A stretch of 64,000 bases of DNA from Candidatus Marinacidobacterales bacterium (GTDB lineage: Bacteria > Acidobacteriota > Vicinamibacteria > Marinacidobacterales > DATDRI01). Of the stretch, positions 29,195-38,322 are shown one piece after another. The stretch covers positions 352,001-416,000 of the forward strand of contig OZ245365.1 of NCBI GenBank assembly GCA_965226495.1, read 5' to 3'. Positions within the stretch are counted from its first letter, which is position 1, and each line of letters opens with the position of its first letter. The position numbers were made by a program, and so were the translations under genes. Under the pieces are notes generated by a model. The model searched no databases, was not told the origin of the DNA, and was given only the letters and a program-made list of their open reading frames with translations.

Positions 29195-30678
29195 GTCTCC
29201 TGACGTTCCTCATCGTCGCCCCTTTGGTCGGCTCGATTTTAATTGGCATCCTCGGTCGACGACCGGGTTCGGCTGGACGGGTCGCCCTCGTTTCTTCCCT
29301 TATCGTTTTCGTGTTGTCGCTACTCTTGTGGGTTCGATTCGATCCCTCCCAGCCTGACTACCAATTCGTCGAGTCTTACCGATGGATACCGAGCTTAGGG
29401 ATTTCCTTTCTGGTGGGTATCGATGGCGTGAGCTTGTTCATGGTCTTGCTCACGACGTTCCTGACGCCGCTCGCCGTCCTCGCGAGCTGGGATTCGATCG
29501 AGGAAAAGACCGGGGCATTCTATGTCCTCATATTGATTCTGGAATCTTTAATGATCGGTGTCTTCATCGCGATCGACGTTTTCTTGTTCTACGTGTTTTG
29601 GGAGGCGATGTTGATTCCGATGTATCTCCTCATCGGAGTTTGGGGCGGAGAGCGCCGAATCTACGCAGCCATCAAGTTCTTCCTCTTCACGATGGGCGGG
29701 AGCGTCCTGATGCTGGTGGCGATTATCTACTGCTACCACGTTCACGACTTGCAAAGCGGTGGGGGGAGCTTCGACCTCCGGCTCTGGCAAGGGCTAGTAT
29801 TGGGCAGCGGCTTGCAGCGCTGGTTGTTCCTTGCTTTTTTCGCCGCCTTCGCGGTCAAGATACCACTCGTTCCACTTCACACTTGGCTTCCCGATGCCCA
29901 CGTGGAAGCACCCACCGCAGGGAGCGTCTTATTGGCCGGCGTTCTTCTCAAAATGGGTGCCTATGGTCTCTTGAGATTCGCGATCCCGTTGTTTCCAGAA
30001 GGTGCTCGAGCGTACGCCCCGGTTGTCTTGACCATCGCGGTGATCGGTATTGTATATGGGGCTCTGATGGCCTTGGTGCAGTCGGACATCAAGAGACTCG
30101 TGGCCTACTCGAGCGTGAGTCATATGGGCTTCGTCGTGCTTGGCATTTTTTCGTTCGATATTGCGGGGGTGGAAGGCGCGATCTTCCTAATGGTGAGTCA
30201 CGGATTGTCCACCGGTGCCCTTTTCCTCCTGGTGGGGATGATCTACGAGCGCCGACACACCCGTTTGATCTCTGAGTTTGGGGGGCTGAAGCGAGTCATG
30301 CCTTTGTACGCAAGCCTCTTCTTGGTCGTCCTCCTTTCATCGATGGGATTACCCGGGCTCAATGGTTTCGTGGGAGAGTTCTTGGTGTTGCTCGGTGCGT
30401 TTCAAACCGCCAGACCGTATGCAGTCGCCGGTGCGGGGGGAATCGTGCTAGCCGCCATCTACCTTCTCTGGATGTACAAGCGGATGATGTTGGGAGAGGT
30501 CGACAATCCGGCGAACCTTGGCCTCCGGGACTTGAGCCGTCGCGAGGCGGCGATCTTGGTTCCGATCGTGATCCTCATCGTGTGGATGGGAGTCGCTCCC
30601 GGCAGCTTCCTCCGCTCACTCGACGGTACGGTGGAACTCTTCGTTTCCCGAGCGACGGACGCTTCCGGCATCGAATAA
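29191..30678 (+). CDS. nuoM: NADH-quinone oxidoreductase subunit M
   Basis: FYVFWEAMLIPMY, PLHTWLPDAHVEAPTAGS, AYSSVSHMG, LPGLNGFVGE. Confidence 0.97.
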   Translation: MSLLTFLIVAPLVGSILIGILGRRPGSAGRVALVSSLIVFVLSLLLWVRFDPSQPDYQFVESYRWIPSLGISFLVGIDGVSLFMVLLTTFLTPLAVLASWDSIEEKTGAFYVLILILESLMIGVFIAIDVFLFYVFWEAMLIPMYLLIGVWGGERRIYAAIKFFLFTMGGSVLMLVAIIYCYHVHDLQSGGGSFDLRLWQGLVLGSGLQRWLFLAFFAAFAVKIPLVPLHTWLPDAHVEAPTAGSVLLAGVLLKMGAYGLLRFAIPLFPEGARAYAPVVLTIAVIGIVYGALMALVQSDIKRLVAYSSVSHMGFVVLGIFSFDIAGVEGAIFLMVSHGLSTGALFLLVGMIYERRHTRLISEFGGLKRVMPLYASLFLVVLLSSMGLPGLNGFVGEFLVLLGAFQTARPYAVAGAGGIVLAAIYLLWMYKRMMLGEVDNPANLGLRDLSRREAAILVPIVILIVWMGVAPGSFLRSLDGTVELFVSRATDASGIE

Positions 30679-30700
30679 GAGGGGATAGAGGGAATCCAAC

Positions 30701-32125
30701 ATGGGGGCGGGCGCACTGATACCGGTTCTCATCCTGGTGGTCACGGCAGCAGTCATTGGTGTCGGGGGTGCCGGTGTCGCCGGCCGAAGTCGTTTTCCCG
30801 CCGCCGGGTTGGCGTGGCTCGGGACGGTGATCTGTATTCTTGCGAGCCTTCGTTTGTGGGGGCATCGACTTCGCGCGCTTGGTGTCGTGGACTCCGATGC
30901 GTTCAGTCTCTTCTTGAGTTTTGTCGTGTTGACCGGCGTGGTTCTCAGCATTCCGGTTGCCAAGGCTGCTCTCGACCGTCAGAAGGAGGAGGCCCCGGCG
31001 TTCTATACGCTGGTTCTCCTAAGCGCGGCGGGAATGCTGCTCCTCGTGTCGACGAGAAATCTGATTTTGATGTTCGTGGCTCTCGAGACAATGTCGGTGG
31101 GATTATACGTACTCACCGGGTGGTCACGCGACCGCGGCACGTCCGTCGAAGCCTCATTGAAGTATTTCTTCTACGGAGCATTCGCCTCTTCTCTATTCTT
31201 GTACGGTATCGCCTTTTTCTATGGAGTGGCGGGGAGTGCAGACCTCGCAAAGATCGAAGCCGCCCTCATCGCCCCAGCCAGCGAACCAGGGGTGCTTCCG
31301 GTTGTCGCTCTCGTGCTTCTGCTGGTGGGCTTCGCCTACAAAGTCGCGGCGGTGCCGTTTCACATGTGGTCTCCAGACGTCTACGAGGGAGCTCCTACCG
31401 TTGTCGCCGGTTTCATGGCGGTTGCGGTCAAGGCGGCTGCTTTCGGCGCCCTCATTCGTGTCACGGGTTCATTCCTTTCTTTGAGCGATGAATGGAAGAT
31501 CGTTCTGTGGTTGCTTGCGGTCCTCAGTATGACCATCGGCAACCTGATAGCGATTGCTCAAGATGACATAAAACGTTTGCTCGCCTACTCGAGCGTGGCC
31601 CATGCAGGCTACTTGCTGGTAGGCGTGATCGCGGGAGGTGTGACGGGTAGGACGGCGGTTCTCTTCTATCTCGCTGGGTACACGTTCATGACCCTCGGAG
31701 CCTTCGCGGTCGCGATTACCCTCGGGAAGAGCGGAGAGGACAACTTGTCCATCCGAGGCTGGGGTGGCCTCGGATGGAAGTACCCTCTCCCCGGATTCGC
31801 GATGAGTGTGTTCATGCTATCGCTGGCGGGTATTCCGGCCACGGTGGGTTTCGTGGGGAAGTTTTATTTATTTAGTGCCGCGATCAATGAGGGATATGTC
31901 GCCTTGGTGTTGATCGCTGTCATCAACACCTTAATCAGCGTCTACTACTATCTACGCGTCGTCATGGTTTTGTATATGGGTTCTCCGGCGTCCGATCCGG
32001 GGCTCCACTTCGGTTGGAATTTAAGACTTCCTCTGTTGGTGAGCTGCCTGGCGACTCTGGTTCTGGGGTTGTATCCGGAGCCGCTGATCTCTGCGGCCCG
32101 CCGCGCCGCCCTAGAGCTCTTCTAG
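30701..32125 (+). CDS. nuoN: NADH-quinone oxidoreductase subunit N
   Basis: EASLKYF, KVAAVPFHMWSPDVYEGAP, KRLLAYSSVAHAGY, SLAGIP. Confidence 0.96.
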   Translation: MGAGALIPVLILVVTAAVIGVGGAGVAGRSRFPAAGLAWLGTVICILASLRLWGHRLRALGVVDSDAFSLFLSFVVLTGVVLSIPVAKAALDRQKEEAPAFYTLVLLSAAGMLLLVSTRNLILMFVALETMSVGLYVLTGWSRDRGTSVEASLKYFFYGAFASSLFLYGIAFFYGVAGSADLAKIEAALIAPASEPGVLPVVALVLLLVGFAYKVAAVPFHMWSPDVYEGAPTVVAGFMAVAVKAAAFGALIRVTGSFLSLSDEWKIVLWLLAVLSMTIGNLIAIAQDDIKRLLAYSSVAHAGYLLVGVIAGGVTGRTAVLFYLAGYTFMTLGAFAVAITLGKSGEDNLSIRGWGGLGWKYPLPGFAMSVFMLSLAGIPATVGFVGKFYLFSAAINEGYVALVLIAVINTLISVYYYLRVVMVLYMGSPASDPGLHFGWNLRLPLLVSCLATLVLGLYPEPLISAARRAALELF

Positions 32126-32150
32126 CGCCTTGGGAAAGTCAAAGGCGATC

Positions 32151-32228
32151 AGACGGGATAACAGGATTCACGGGATACGGAATGCAACGACACTTCCCTC
32201 TTATCCCGTTATCCGTGTAATCCTGTCT
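32151..32228. repeat. Inverted array of 9-mers (ACAGGATnn-type) between convergent nuoN and selA; possible bidirectional terminator
   Basis: AGACGGGATAACAGGATTCACGGGATA ... TTATCCCGTTATCCGTGTAATCCTGTCT. Confidence 0.7.
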
Positions 32229-33648
32229 AGTTTTTTTGCTCCTGCAGGCTTCGCAAAGCCCTCGCCAGCGTTTCCTCTTCCTCGGGAGTCACCGTTCGCA
32301 GATCTAGCAGCACCTGGTCGTCTGCGATGCGCGCGATCACCGGGGGGTCGTGACCACGCAAGCGGTCCAAGATCGTCTGCGCGGAGAGATTCTTCGCGCG
32401 AACGCTAACCAAAGAGGTCGGTAACTCGGCCTCCGGTGCAGCGCCTCCCCCGACTTTGGAGGCTCCGTCGAGCAACGAAAGCTCGAGTCCCTTTACGTCG
32501 TCGAGAGATTTCACAAGGCGGCGACCGCGGGATCGTACTTCGGAGGCAGGTGCGGAGAGCATCTTGAGCACCGGAATGTGCTCCGCCGCTTTGCCTTGAA
32601 CGAAGGCCTCGAGTGTTGCCTCGAGCGCCGCGTAAGTGAGTTTGTCCACTCTCAGCGCACGCGCCAGCGGATTCTCCCGACACTTCTTCACACTTTCTGC
32701 GAGTCCGACCAGGACTCCAGCCTGTGGACCACCCAGGAGTTTGTCCCCGGAAAAAGTGATCAAGTCCACACCGGCGGCAAGGCTGTCCTGCACGGTCGTC
32801 TCGTACGGTAGCCCGTAGGAGCGCAGTGAGAGAATGTTGCCGCTTCCGAAATCTTCGATCACCGGGATCCCTCGCTCTTTGCCCATCGCCACCAGCTCTT
32901 CGGTCGATGCGCTTTCGGTGAAACCCACGATTCGAAAATTGGATGGGTGGACACGGAGGATGAGAGCGGTGTCCGGACCGAACGCCGCTTCGTAGTCTTG
33001 GATTCGCGTCTTGTTGGTCGTTCCGACTTCGCGCAGTCGAGCGCCGCTTCTCTCCAGGATGTCGGGAATTCGAAAGGAACCGCCGATCTCTACCAGCTCG
33101 CCGCGAGAGATCAATACTTCCTTGGAAGCCGCGAAGCTATTGAGGGTGAGCAGAACGGCCGCGGCGTTATTGTTGACAACCAAAGCGTCGTAACCCGGGA
33201 AGAGGCGCTCGAGTGGCCGGACCGCGTGTTTCTCGCGTCGGCCTCGCTTGCCGGTAGTTAGATCGTACTCGAGGTTGCTGTAGGAGCTAGCCACCCGGGC
33301 GACCGCCGCGATCGCGGATGGCGACAGGGGTGCTCGACCGAGGTTGGTGTGCACGATGATGCCGGTGGCGTTGATCACGGAGACTAGGGTCGGCGCACTG
33401 GCCATGGCCAGCTGGCTTCTTATCGAGCTCTCCATCGAAGCAAGCGCTCGATCGAAGGTACTCTGATTGATTCGCGCGTCCCGTACCGCATCCCGGAGCC
33501 CCGACAGAGCGGAGCGGGTAGCGGCGACGAGCGGGTCTCGTCCGAACTCGGCCTCGAGTCTACGAAAGCCGGCTTGATCGAGGAGTTTCTCGACGCTCGG
33601 TAGGCGTCTTAGAAGCTGGCCGACATCGCCGGCCGATGCGGTGCCCAT
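32227..33648 (-). CDS. selA: L-seryl-tRNA(Sec) selenium transferase
   Basis: VINATGIIVHTNLGRAP, VNNNAAAV, SRGELVEIGGSFRIP, FSGDKLLGGPQAG, RALRVDK. Confidence 0.96.
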   Translation of the reverse strand: MGTASAGDVGQLLRRLPSVEKLLDQAGFRRLEAEFGRDPLVAATRSALSGLRDAVRDARINQSTFDRALASMESSIRSQLAMASAPTLVSVINATGIIVHTNLGRAPLSPSAIAAVARVASSYSNLEYDLTTGKRGRREKHAVRPLERLFPGYDALVVNNNAAAVLLTLNSFAASKEVLISRGELVEIGGSFRIPDILERSGARLREVGTTNKTRIQDYEAAFGPDTALILRVHPSNFRIVGFTESASTEELVAMGKERGIPVIEDFGSGNILSLRSYGLPYETTVQDSLAAGVDLITFSGDKLLGGPQAGVLVGLAESVKKCRENPLARALRVDKLTYAALEATLEAFVQGKAAEHIPVLKMLSAPASEVRSRGRRLVKSLDDVKGLELSLLDGASKVGGGAAPEAELPTSLVSVRAKNLSAQTILDRLRGHDPPVIARIADDQVLLDLRTVTPEEEETLARALRSLQEQKN

Positions 33649-33675
33649 AATCGAGATCCGAGGGAACTGCTGTCG

Positions 33676-33705
33676 TTGACAATAGTTAGCGTTTCCAGGT
33701 AGCAT
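33676..33705 (+). promoter_or_regulatory. Putative sigma70 promoter for the hypothetical operon
   Basis: TTGACA-N18-TAGCAT. Confidence 0.45.
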
Positions 33706-33725
33706 TCTAACATAGCTAAACGATC

Positions 33726-34139
33726 ATGGCCGAAGACCGGGCGAAGAACTACATCGAGAGACTTCCCGAGATCATCGAACGTCGGGAGGAGGATATCTCC
33801 CATCTGGACCCACAGATGGTGGAGATCCTCTATCCGGAAAGGCACGCTCGCGACTTCTCACTCACCGTGGTTTTCGGTCCGTCGGCCGATCCGAAGTATG
33901 CGGAGGCCGTCTCCCTTGCCGAGCGCGCCCTGAGGTATCGTAGGGAGGGGCAGGATCGATGGCTACGCCACTACGCGAGCTACACCGTCAACGAGGTGGA
34001 GGAGCTGCATCGATTGTTTGGTTACGTCGGAGAGTCTCCCAGCTGCGAGATATTGGTGAACGACAAGAAGGTGCCTTACGCTCGCGAGCTGTGGTTGCCT
34101 TTTTTCTGGTTCTTCCGAAAGGAAGAGCGGCAAACGTAG
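33726..34139 (+). CDS. Conserved hypothetical protein
   Basis: 137-aa ORF with coding-like codon usage and a PYARELWLP motif; first gene of the operon. Confidence 0.75.
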   Translation: MAEDRAKNYIERLPEIIERREEDISHLDPQMVEILYPERHARDFSLTVVFGPSADPKYAEAVSLAERALRYRREGQDRWLRHYASYTVNEVEELHRLFGYVGESPSCEILVNDKKVPYARELWLPFFWFFRKEERQT

Positions 34140-34148
34140 GAGGCGCGC

Positions 34149-34725
34149 GTGGGTTTCTCTTCGGACATGGAAGCGCTCAAGAAGGGCATGAAACAGCTCG
34201 AGATCGAGTACGAGCGAGTACGAGCAGTGGTTCTCCGGGGCTCTCAAACAACCACCTTGGCCAACTAAGAAGAAAGTCGAAAACATCATTCGAAATTATT
34301 CCCGGAACCCCCCGCAAAACTTGGCCGAGCAGGCGGTGTTCCAAATGCACCAGGCAAAGTACACAACCTACGCCGAAATGTGGAACCGCCGGGTGCGCCT
34401 CAAGGAAGAAGGGCGACTCGCCACCGGTCGCGAGGAGCGATCGAAGCGGGTTCCTGCGCCGTCACCCATTACAGACGGGCCATCACGTCAAGCTGCCAAG
34501 GGCCAGAAGGGAAAGCCGGGAGACGAGTTTCGGAAAGTCTTCGACAAGTATGTTGCCGCCAAGCAGGAGGCGGGTCAGTCCACCAGCAACTTGAACTACG
34601 ATAGCTTCCGTAAGGTCCTTTCCAAACAAACGAAGCAACTCCAAAGTGGCGGCTACAAGAAAGTCGACTTCGGCGTCTCGATGAAAGGGGGAAAGGTCTC
34701 GGTCGTAGCCAGGCCGAAGAAGTGA
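34149..34725 (+). pseudogene. MXAN_5187 C-terminal-domain-like protein disrupted by a 10-bp tandem duplication
   Basis: AGGAGG RBS and GTG 34149; removing one CGAGTACGAG gives QLEIEYEQWFSGALKQPP...YAEMWNRRVRLKEEG...FDKYVAAK...VDFGVSMKGGKVSVVA. Confidence 0.8.
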
Positions 34726-35540
34726 CCCGCGGTCTCGGGTCTCTTTTGTCCTCGCTTTTTCCCCGCTTCATCCTTCTCACGCTGCTGTTCGTCATGGTGC
34801 CCGGTTTCGTTGACGCATGGCCGGCTCCCACCTACCGGAACATGGTCTACGACACCCTGCTCATCATGCCTCCGACGCTTCGGCGTGTCCTCTGGCGGAA
34901 TGAAGCTTATTTGTTGAAGGGAGTCTTCGGGCTGGAGGGAGAAATGGCGTCGGCGCTGGCCCGGGACGGTTTGGCGGGCTCTCTGTCCCAAGACACCGCC
35001 CGTGCCGTGGATCAGAGGGTCGACGGCATAGCAGAGCAGGTGAATCAACATCGCCCGTTCCGTGAAGTTGCTTTCGAATTGGGAAAGCTTCTCCGCATCG
35101 CTGCCGACTTGGCCGACCCGACGGTGGTGGGTGCCTCGGATCCGCGACTCGCGCGCGCCAGCGGAGAGTTTCATCGCTTCGTTACGCTGCACCTCGAGGA
35201 GTTTCCCCTGGTCTACGACTGGAGTCTCCCGTCGACGTTAAAGGGCGGGGTCTCGGTCACGACACTACTGCAACGGCTCTCGTCTACCAGTAGGGCTTCC
35301 GTTCCCGACCTGGCGGATGCTTTCTGGAAGGACGGCCGGTTGGTGCCGGCCACGGCATTCGACTATCGTTCTGTCCCTTATGCGATGGCCTCCTTGGGCT
35401 ACTCGCGGGGGGTTACCGCGGCTTCCTATCTCTGGCTGGCCGCTTGGGAAAAGGCGAACGGCGATTTCAGGGGTTACCGGTTCTTCGCGGAGGAAAAACC
35501 AGGAATGACGAGGGCTCGCAAGAAGCCCGCTTCGGAGTAA
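34722..35540 (+). CDS. Secreted hypothetical protein, possibly a degenerate Zn-dependent PLC/S1-P1 nuclease fold
   Basis: Signal peptide ending at VDA|W; LGKLLRIAADLADP resembles the LGxxxHxxxD motif. Confidence 0.65.
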   Translation: MTRGLGSLLSSLFPRFILLTLLFVMVPGFVDAWPAPTYRNMVYDTLLIMPPTLRRVLWRNEAYLLKGVFGLEGEMASALARDGLAGSLSQDTARAVDQRVDGIAEQVNQHRPFREVAFELGKLLRIAADLADPTVVGASDPRLARASGEFHRFVTLHLEEFPLVYDWSLPSTLKGGVSVTTLLQRLSSTSRASVPDLADAFWKDGRLVPATAFDYRSVPYAMASLGYSRGVTAASYLWLAAWEKANGDFRGYRFFAEEKPGMTRARKKPASE

Positions 35541-35710
35541 CAGCCCTGAGCCCGAGCGGAGCGCGAACGTCAGTGAGTCGCGAAGCGAGTAGCGAGTGGG
35601 GGTGGGGCCCCGCGAGCGCTGATAACAGCCCTGAGCCCGAGCGGAGCGCGAACGTCAGTGAGTCGCGAAGCGAGTAGCGAGTGGGGGTGGGGCCCCGCGA
35701 GCGCTGATAA
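35541..35710 (+). repeat. Two perfect tandem 85-bp units of the modular structured repeat (copy C)
   Basis: CAGCCCTGAGCCCGAGCGGAGCGCGAACG...GGGGGTGGGGCCCCGCGAGCGCTGATAA at 35541-35625 and 35626-35710. Confidence 0.95.
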
Positions 35711-35758
35711 ATTTTGAACAAGTTTTATAACAAAGCCAAAGAAGGGAAGAAGAAGAAC

Positions 35759-37345
35759 ATGAACGCTTCGCGAGAAAAATCCAAAACTCGGGCGCTGCTG
35801 AGCGTTGCCAACAAGGAGGGGATCGTCTCGTTTGCGAGAAGCCTTGCGGAACGAGGCTACGAGGTTGTCTCGAGCGGCGGCACCGCAAGCGTACTCTCGA
35901 AAGAGGAGATTCCGGTTACTCCGGTGCCGGAGGTAACGGGGTTTCCCCAAATACTTGGAGGTCGGGTGAAGACGCTTCATCCACTTATCCATGGCGGCAT
36001 CCTGGCGCGCCGCAACTTGGCTTCTGATCTCGAGGAGCTCGAGCAAAACGAAATTATCCCGGTCGATATCGTCGCGGTGAACTTCTATCCCTTCGAAGCC
36101 AAAGTCGCGGAGAAGAGCGCCGTCTCCGAGATCATCGAGAACATCGACATTGGCGGGCCGAGCATGCTGCGAGCGGCCGCTAAGAACTTCCAGCACGTGA
36201 TCCCGGTCGTCGACCCCAGGGACTACCCGCTGGTTCTGGGAAAGCTGGACGAAGGCATGGACCTCGCGACTCGACTCTACCTGGCGGTGAAGGCCTTCCG
36301 CGCCAGTGCTCGCTACGAGGCGGCCATTGGTTCCTACATGACGCAATTGGAAGCGCACGGGGAGGAATTGGTTGCGGCCGAGCTCGATGCATCACTGCCC
36401 TCGACGCTCAGCGTTTCCTTCGAGAAGGTTCAAGATCTCCGCTACGGTGAAAACCCCCATCAGTCAGCGGCTTTCTATCGCGAATCGGGCGGAGTGCCTA
36501 CTGCGGTGGCAGGCGCCAGAAAGCTTCAGGGGAAGGAGCTCTCGTACAATAATATTTTAGACCTCGACGCTGCTTGGCGCCTTACGTGTGAGTTCGAAGA
36601 TACCGCCGCGGTGGTGCTCAAGCACACCAACCCGTGCGGGGTCGCTGTCGGGGAAACGCTCTCGAGCGCCTACGTCAAAGCGCGCGAAACCGATCCGACC
36701 TCGGCCTTCGGCGGAATCGTCGGGCTCAACCGGCGGGTGGACAGGAAAACCGCGAAGGAGTTGGCTTCGACGTTCCTAGAGGCGGTCATTGCCCCGGGCT
36801 TCGAGCCCGATGCCATCGAGGAGCTCAGCGGGAAGAAAAACCTCCGGCTCTTGGCCATCGATGATCCACTTCATTCGGCGGGATGGGAAGGGCACAACCT
36901 GTGCCGAGTGGTAGGAGGGTTGCTGGTCCAGGATTGGGACAACTCGCCATTGGATCGTGAGCGCTTGGAGATCTCGACCAAACGCAAACCGACCGAACAA
37001 GAAATGGCGGCGCTCGAGTTCGCCTGGAAGGTGGCCAAGCACGTGAAGTCGAACGCCATCGTGATTGCCAAGGATCGCCACACTTTGGGGATCGGCGCTG
37101 GCCAAATGAGCCGAGTGGATTCGTGCGGCCTTGCGGTGACTAAGGCCCAGAGCTCGCTAGAGGGATCGGTGGCCGCTTCCGACGCCTTTTTTCCCTTTCG
37201 CGATGGGCCGGATCAGTTGGCCGATGCCGGCGTCCGAGCAATCATCCAGCCTGGCGGATCTATCAGGGACGAAGAGGTGATCAACGGAGCGGACGAGCGA
37301 GGGTTGGCAATGGTTTTTACCGGAGTGCGCCACTTCCGTCACTGA
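35759..37345 (+). CDS. purH: Bifunctional AICAR formyltransferase/IMP cyclohydrolase
   Basis: [52 protein letters not shown]. Confidence 0.97.
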   Translation: MNASREKSKTRALLSVANKEGIVSFARSLAERGYEVVSSGGTASVLSKEEIPVTPVPEVTGFPQILGGRVKTLHPLIHGGILARRNLASDLEELEQNEIIPVDIVAVNFYPFEAKVAEKSAVSEIIENIDIGGPSMLRAAAKNFQHVIPVVDPRDYPLVLGKLDEGMDLATRLYLAVKAFRASARYEAAIGSYMTQLEAHGEELVAAELDASLPSTLSVSFEKVQDLRYGENPHQSAAFYRESGGVPTAVAGARKLQGKELSYNNILDLDAAWRLTCEFEDTAAVVLKHTNPCGVAVGETLSSAYVKARETDPTSAFGGIVGLNRRVDRKTAKELASTFLEAVIAPGFEPDAIEELSGKKNLRLLAIDDPLHSAGWEGHNLCRVVGGLLVQDWDNSPLDRERLEISTKRKPTEQEMAALEFAWKVAKHVKSNAIVIAKDRHTLGIGAGQMSRVDSCGLAVTKAQSSLEGSVAASDAFFPFRDGPDQLADAGVRAIIQPGGSIRDEEVINGADERGLAMVFTGVRHFRH

Positions 37346-38322
37346 AACGAGGCTAATAGTTCGTCTGCGTCCACCGCTGCGGTACCGAGTTTCCCGACCA
37401 CGATTCCCGCCGCCTGATTGGCCAACCTCGCGGAGTTGGCTAGCGACGCGCCGCCACTCAGTGCGAAAGCGATGGTGGCGATCACGGTATCGCCCGCTCC
37501 GGTGACGTCGAAGACTTCCCGTGCCGAAGCATCGATGTGCACGGCGGGTTTGCCCTTCTCGAACAAGGACATGCCTTGCTCACCTCGAGTGATTAGGACC
37601 GCCTGACAGCCGAGCTTGCTGAGGATCGTGCGCGCCGCTCGAGTCAGCCCGGGCGCATCAACAATGCTCGTCTCCGTGAGGCGCTCGGCTTCGTGGATGT
37701 TGGGTGTCACCAGATTGACGTTTCGGTACTCGCCAAAGCGGGCGAGCTTCGGATCTACCAGAATCGGAATTTTCCGCCGTCGCGCGAGTCGAGTGCATTC
37801 CCGAAGGATCTGAGTCGTCAAGACACCTTTGCTGTAGTCGGAGAGAACCAGGGCGCTTGCGCGCTCGACCGCGGCGGCGACCTTATCGAGAGCGAGCTTT
37901 TCGAGGGATCGGGAAATGTCGTTCCGCGACTCGCGGTCGGCCCTCACGACTTGCTGGCTTTGCGCGATGATCCGGGTTTTTAAGGTGGTAGGCCGGGTCG
38001 GATCGGTGAGTAACCCTTCCTCCGATATTCCCACCTCTTGAAGCACTCCGCGCATGCGCCGAGCGGCATCGTCTTCTCCCAAGATGCCGATAAGAAGAGG
38101 TTCGCTTCCCAAGCTGTGTAGGTTGTGAGCGACGTTGGCGGCGCCGCCGAGGTGGAAGCTGTGACCGGAGACGTCCACTACGGGCACCGGTGCTTCGGGC
38201 GAGATGCGAGACACGTTCCCCCAAACGAACTCGTCGAGCATCAGGTCGCCAATGATCGCGACCTCCTTGCCGCGGGCGGCTCGGAGAATCGCTGAAGCTC
38301 GCTTAGCCGAGACCGCGGTCAA
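37339..38322 (-). CDS. rfaE1: D-glycero-beta-D-manno-heptose-7-phosphate kinase (RfaE domain I)
   Basis: GDLMLDEF, RISPEAPVPVV, GGAANVA, LSDYSKGV, DVTGAGDT. Confidence 0.93.
   Translation of the reverse strand: MTAVSAKRASAILRAARGKEVAIIGDLMLDEFVWGNVSRISPEAPVPVVDVSGHSFHLGGAANVAHNLHSLGSEPLLIGILGEDDAARRMRGVLQEVGISEEGLLTDPTRPTTLKTRIIAQSQQVVRADRESRNDISRSLEKLALDKVAAAVERASALVLSDYSKGVLTTQILRECTRLARRRKIPILVDPKLARFGEYRNVNLVTPNIHEAERLTETSIVDAPGLTRAARTILSKLGCQAVLITRGEQGMSLFEKGKPAVHIDASAREVFDVTGAGDTVIATIAFALSGGASLANSARLANQAAGIVVGKLGTAAVDADELLASFQ

Noticed and set aside
35541-35710. CRISPR array
   Set aside because: Two abutting identical 85-bp units with no spacers and no cas genes
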